A DNA stretch of 41,181 bases from Alphaproteobacteria bacterium. Its GTDB lineage: Bacteria; Pseudomonadota; Alphaproteobacteria; Rhizobiales; Devosiaceae. The position numbers were made by a program, and so were the translations under genes. Positions 37,207-41,181 of this stretch are shown here, piece after piece (positions within the stretch are counted from its first letter, which is position 1; every line of letters begins with the position of its first letter). A model generated the notes under the pieces. That model made no database searches. It was given only the letters and a program-made list of their open reading frames with translations, and was not told where the DNA came from. The stretch is taken from positions 1 to 41,181 of the forward strand of contig JAJRPR010000011.1 of NCBI GenBank assembly GCA_024280655.1. Reading direction: 5' to 3'.

Positions 37207-37866
37207 ATGACCAAAAATAATAGTTCAAGGGATTTAACATTCAATCTTATCACTATTGCATTGGGCCTTATTTTTGCTGGGTTAGCTCTTGCTTATTACA
37301 TTGATACTCTTGAACAATCAGAAACAAAGCTGCCCTCCTTAAATGATAATGAAGCTTTAATCACAAAAATCATATCAGGTCAGCAATTACAAATTCCAGC
37401 TACTTGGTTCAAATATTTAAAAAAAAACCAAACAGAGTTCGTCGATTCTATAGAACTGGTTTTTGTCTTGCCGATCATATCGAATAAACCAAACATGGTA
37501 ATTCAAGTCACACTAGCGCAAAAAAGATTAAACATTCCAAGTGCGCAATTATTAGATGATGTTTACTTACATCAATTTTCACCCAATCAAATAAATTCTC
37601 CAAAGGGTTTAATTGGCAAGCCACTTAAAACAATGGTTGGCAATATTGAGGAGAATGTTTTTTATGACCCCCTTAGCGCTAACCCCTTTGTTGCCAAATG
37701 TATGGATAGAATAGTTAAAGATGCTTCAAAAAGGTGTGTGCGTACTGTCCAAATAAGCGCACAACTTAGCGCTACATATAGTTTTGAATATGAAGCTCTT
37801 TTAGGCTGGAGAAATTTTGATATGGAAGCGCAAAAATGGCTGGATAAAATTGCAGACCTTAAATAG
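37207..37866 (+). CDS. membrane-anchored protein of unknown function
   Basis: 219 aa with an N-terminal TM anchor (LITIALGLIFAGLALAYYI). It contains an in-frame A9 run at 37419..37427. Confidence 0.55.
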   Translation: MTKNNSSRDLTFNLITIALGLIFAGLALAYYIDTLEQSETKLPSLNDNEALITKIISGQQLQIPATWFKYLKKNQTEFVDSIELVFVLPIISNKPNMVIQVTLAQKRLNIPSAQLLDDVYLHQFSPNQINSPKGLIGKPLKTMVGNIEENVFYDPLSANPFVAKCMDRIVKDASKRCVRTVQISAQLSATYSFEYEALLGWRNFDMEAQKWLDKIADLK

Positions 37867-37873
37867 TAAAGAC

Positions 37874-38089
37874 CTATAGATCTTCTAAATCTATATCCAA
37901 AATTGCCATTTGAAACATAAATGAGCGATCTTCGTCTTCGTCATCAACGTAAATTACCCCAATAAATTCATCACCCTTATAAACTTCACAAGAATCTGTT
38001 TTTTGCGGACGAGCTTTTACTGTTAGCTCAGCACTGCCAAAAGTTTTTTGTAAAAATAATTTCAACTTATTAAGTTCTGCTTTGTCCAA
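37874..38089 (-). CDS. DUF3126-family small protein
   Basis: 71 aa with a TTG start. LKLFLQKTFGSAELTVKARPQKTDSCEVYKGDEFIGVIYVDDEDEDRSFMFQMAI matches the remembered DUF3126 pattern. The family is commonly adjacent to cysE in alphaproteobacteria. Confidence 0.7.
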   Translation of the reverse strand: MDKAELNKLKLFLQKTFGSAELTVKARPQKTDSCEVYKGDEFIGVIYVDDEDEDRSFMFQMAILDIDLEDL

Positions 38090-38166
38090 TGATCTTTTCC
38101 TTTAATAGCCTAATTTTTGTTCTTTTAAGTTGTTTTTTGCATAATTGAAATAGCTTGAATAGTTTT

Positions 38167-38982
38167 TCAAATTATTTCGCCCAACATTTGATCCATATTA
38201 AGAGAGGGATAAGCGCAACCAGCCTCACCAACTATTTTTGCAGGAACTCCCGCTACCGTTTTTTTGGCTGGAACGTCTTTTAGAACAACAGAACCAGAAG
38301 CAATTCGCGCGCAATCGCCGATGCTAATATCACCTAAAATTTTTGCCCCTGCACCAATCAGTACACCTGACCCAACTTTTGGATGTCTATCACCATCAGT
38401 CTTACCAGTACCCCCTAAAGTTACACCTTGCAAAATAGATACATTATCGCCAATTACTGAAGTTTCGCCAATCACCACCCCTGTACCATGATCTAACATA
38501 ATCCCCTGCCCCATTTTAACGGCTGGGTTTATATCTACTTGGAAGGTCTGAGAGCTGCGGCTTTGCAAATAAAAGGCCATATCTTTGCGACCCATCCTAT
38601 ATAATTCATGAGCAAATCTATGCACTTGAATTGCCTGATATCCCTTAAAATACAAAAACGGCTCAAGCAAACGATGACAAGCTGGATCTCGCTCTTTTGT
38701 TGCAACAATATCAATGCGTGCCAAAATTGCTATCTTGTTAGATTCTTCCAACATTTCATTAAATGTTTGCCTAATGAGATCAGCAGAAACATCTAAATGA
38801 TCGAGCCGTTGCGCTAGACGATAGCAAAGGGCTTTTTCAAAACTATCATGATTTAAAACATTTGAAAAAACAAAGCTAGCAAGTGCTGGTTCTTGTTTTG
38901 TAATTTCTTCAGCTTCTTGCCTTATAGAATTCCATACTGGATCTAATTTCTTAACTGATTGCTGTTTTGTTTTAAGGCTCAT
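38167..38982 (-). CDS. cysE: serine O-acetyltransferase
   Basis: 271 aa with an N-terminal SATase helical domain and hexapeptide repeats (DHGTGVVIGETSVIGDNVSILQGVTLGGTGK...RHPKVGSGVLIGAGAKILG). Confidence 0.92.
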   Translation of the reverse strand: MSLKTKQQSVKKLDPVWNSIRQEAEEITKQEPALASFVFSNVLNHDSFEKALCYRLAQRLDHLDVSADLIRQTFNEMLEESNKIAILARIDIVATKERDPACHRLLEPFLYFKGYQAIQVHRFAHELYRMGRKDMAFYLQSRSSQTFQVDINPAVKMGQGIMLDHGTGVVIGETSVIGDNVSILQGVTLGGTGKTDGDRHPKVGSGVLIGAGAKILGDISIGDCARIASGSVVLKDVPAKKTVAGVPAKIVGEAGCAYPSLNMDQMLGEII

Positions 38983-39021
38983 TTATCATTCCAATTAAAA
39001 TTATTTCTCTTGTTAGTATTA

Positions 39022-39777
39022 CTATATTGAGTTTTTATCTAAAAAATCAATAACGCCTTGCTTAAATTTCTTATCACCAGTTGAGCGCATGTGATCAACC
39101 CCTTCAAGTAATAATGACTTACCTTGTGGTAAAATATTCGCCAAATCACTAGGTGAGCCACCAATATTATCTTCAGAGCCAACCACCACCAAAGCAGGAA
39201 TATCAATTTTTTCAACATCTTTTTTTGTTATTGGATCACGAGAAGATGATAAACAATAAGCCAATGCTTTAAGATCGCTCTTGGTATGTTGCGCAAAAAT
39301 ACGAAACTGCCTTGCGGTTTTATGTTCAATTTCTTCTAAACTATCTGCCCTTAAACCAGCAATAATTTCAGAACTATCCCTCATGCCACGAATAAGATTT
39401 ATACCCATTCCGCCAAAAATAACACCCCGAACCTTTTGCGGTGCTTGCATGGCAACAAAAGCTGAAATCCTTGCCCCCATTGAATAACCAAGCAGAAAAG
39501 CAGAGGCAAGCCCTAAATAATCAATCAAATTGATTGTATCATGCGCCATTATTTTAGCTGGGTAATATTTACTATCATAAAGCTTTTCTGATTGCCCATG
39601 CCCTCTATTATCAATGGTGATTACTCGATAACCAGCATTGACCAAAATATCGACCCAGCCCGTATCTAGCCAGTTCACCTTAGCATTTGATGCAAAACCA
39701 TGAATTAGAATAATTGGCGCACCTTTGCCATAATCCTCATAAGCTATTTTTATATTTTCAGAGATAAATTGGGGCAA
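39022..39777 (-). CDS. alpha/beta-fold hydrolase
   Basis: 251 aa with a TTG start. Motifs HGFASN, nucleophile elbow GYSMGA and a C-terminal DH. Confidence 0.8.
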   Translation of the reverse strand: MPQFISENIKIAYEDYGKGAPIILIHGFASNAKVNWLDTGWVDILVNAGYRVITIDNRGHGQSEKLYDSKYYPAKIMAHDTINLIDYLGLASAFLLGYSMGARISAFVAMQAPQKVRGVIFGGMGINLIRGMRDSSEIIAGLRADSLEEIEHKTARQFRIFAQHTKSDLKALAYCLSSSRDPITKKDVEKIDIPALVVVGSEDNIGGSPSDLANILPQGKSLLLEGVDHMRSTGDKKFKQGVIDFLDKNSI

Positions 39778-39856
39778 GTTTTAAGTTCCTATTGACCGCA
39801 TGAATATGTTCGTGAACTAATAGTATAGATTATTTAACAAGAGCAAAGAAAAAATT

Positions 39857-41080
39857 ATGGTAGATAAATTCATTGTAATTGCTGGCGCTGGAATTTCCGG
39901 GCTAACTAGTGCCCTCGCCCTAGCTAAATACGGTGTCAAAAGCTTAGTTCTTGAGCGCAATGAGCAAATTCAAGAATTCGGCGCAGGCTTGCAAATTGGC
40001 CCAAATGCCCATCGTGCGCTTGATGCTCTAGGTTTAGAAGACGCACTAAAACCAGTTAGTTTTGAGCCAGAAGGCGTTGATATTTATTCTTTTGCACAAA
40101 ACAAACCTCTTGTTACCCTAGAATTAGGAAAAACTGCAAGAGAGCGATTTGGCGTGCCTTACACTGTTATGCACCGAGCCGATATGGTTGAAACACTTTA
40201 TGCCGCCTGCAAAAACAACAAACTAATAGATGTTGAGTTTGCTATCACAGATTTTGAAATATCAAATATCGATAAATCTCCAATGGTTAAATATAAAAAA
40301 GTAGATGGCAAGACAGAAGAAGTATCATGTTTTGCCTTTATAGGCGCTGATGGGGTTGGTTCAATCACCCGCACAAAATACTTAAATGGTGTGCAAGCTA
40401 AATATAGCGGATATGTCGCATGGAGAACATTAATTGATATTGATCTTTTGCAAGATGTTATAAATCTCGAGAATACAACTCTAATGTGGGGGTCAGGTTT
40501 TCACGCTGTTGCATATCCATTAAAGCACCGCAATGTGGTAAATGTAGCGTTTTTTACTAAAGAAACTATGTCAGTTGGTTTTGGAATTAGTGAAACTCCA
40601 AACCTACCAGTCTCAATGAAAAATGATCCCCGATTATCAAAAATTTGCTCCCTAACAAAAAACTGGACACATTGGCCATTAGCAGCTGTTAAAACACCAT
40701 ATTGGCATGAGGGATCTGTAGGACTTGTTGGCGATGCAGCACACGCAATGTTGCCTTTTCAGGCTCAGGGTGCTGCTATGGGGATTGAAGACGCTGTTAT
40801 ATTAGCTCCTCTATTAGCAAGTGAGCAAAATTCTGCAACTGCTTTTAATATCTATCAAAACAAGCGCCAAGAACGAGTAAATAGGGTAGCAAAAACATCC
40901 CAAAGCAATGGCAAGATTTTTCACATGATACCCCCTCTTACTTTCGCCAGAAATTCAATGGTAAAAATGCAAGGCAACATGAACCATTATTCACGCCTTA
41001 GCTGGATTTATGATTTTGATCCGACAATTTGCTATGAAAATATGGTAATACCCCCAATATTTAATAGCATTTATAAGTAG
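39857..41080 (+). CDS. FAD-dependent monooxygenase (salicylate hydroxylase / UbiH-like class A)
   Basis: 407 aa. Motifs GAGISGLTSALALAKYG (GxGxxG), GADG and GDAAHAMLPFQAQGAAMGIEDA. Confidence 0.85.
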   Translation: MVDKFIVIAGAGISGLTSALALAKYGVKSLVLERNEQIQEFGAGLQIGPNAHRALDALGLEDALKPVSFEPEGVDIYSFAQNKPLVTLELGKTARERFGVPYTVMHRADMVETLYAACKNNKLIDVEFAITDFEISNIDKSPMVKYKKVDGKTEEVSCFAFIGADGVGSITRTKYLNGVQAKYSGYVAWRTLIDIDLLQDVINLENTTLMWGSGFHAVAYPLKHRNVVNVAFFTKETMSVGFGISETPNLPVSMKNDPRLSKICSLTKNWTHWPLAAVKTPYWHEGSVGLVGDAAHAMLPFQAQGAAMGIEDAVILAPLLASEQNSATAFNIYQNKRQERVNRVAKTSQSNGKIFHMIPPLTFARNSMVKMQGNMNHYSRLSWIYDFDPTICYENMVIPPIFNSIYK

Positions 41081-41113
41081 AATTTTCTTATAGTTAAGCG
41101 AAGGAGATTTTAT

Positions 41114-41181
41114 ATGAAGCGCTCGAGATATTCTGACAGCCAAATTATTGGTATATTGAAGCAAGCTGAGGCTGGGACACC
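41114..41181 (+). mobile_element. IS3-family transposase orfA, N-terminal 22 codons (continues beyond the window)
   Basis: Not in the ORF track because it is edge-truncated. AAGGAG (41101..41106) is followed by ATG 41114. Translation MKRSRYSDSQIIGILKQAEAGT resembles the conserved start of IS3-family OrfA (MKKxRFTxEQIxxxLxxAEAG). Confidence 0.6.

Overview
This is 41.2 kb of an AT-rich alphaproteobacterial chromosome. It looks Rhizobiales-like, judged only from recalled protein sequences; no search was run.

Gene content:
- 1-5.3 kb: miaA (partial), serB, hflK-hflC-yjeT-like and thyA-folA.
- 5.4-18.2 kb, minus strand: the classical tRNA-Trp / secE-nusG / rplKA / rplJL / rpoBC block.
- 18.2-22.5 kb: a small accessory islet lying between tRNA-Trp and tRNA-Thr. 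It encodes three secreted proteins (an orphan TAXI-type solute-binding protein, a clan GH-A glycoside hydrolase and a discoidin-like glycan-binding protein) plus gene debris and repeats.
- 22.6-41.1 kb: housekeeping and conserved-hypothetical genes. These are nadK, an Hpt protein, a DUF2336-like protein, an SLT/CcdA-like pair, a nitroreductase, thrS, yidD, a NifU-like protein, folE-hisI, a rhomboid, a PAS_5/PilZ/BTLCP trio, DUF3126-cysE, a hydrolase and an FAD monooxygenase.
- Right edge: the start of an IS3-family orfA.

I see no CRISPR array, prophage, rRNA, or recognisable multi-gene defence or secretion system.

Most noteworthy observations:
1. The essential rpoC gene is broken by a single-base frameshift at an A6 run.
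2. rpoC also carries Ser in place of the invariant Phe of the catalytic NADFDGD motif.
3. A family of GC-rich intergenic mosaic repeats has at least 4 loci. One is internally duplicated, two inverted copies bracket nusG-secE, and one lies 14 nt from the tRNA-Thr 3' end.
4. A glycoside-hydrolase gene is flanked by ~197-bp direct repeats that copy the 3' end and terminator of the neighbouring TAXI gene.
5. A PAS_5 / PilZ / LapG-like protease trio lacks any LapD/LapA partner, and a hairpin masks the protease gene's Shine-Dalgarno sequence.

All family assignments are motif recognition by eye, not database hits.
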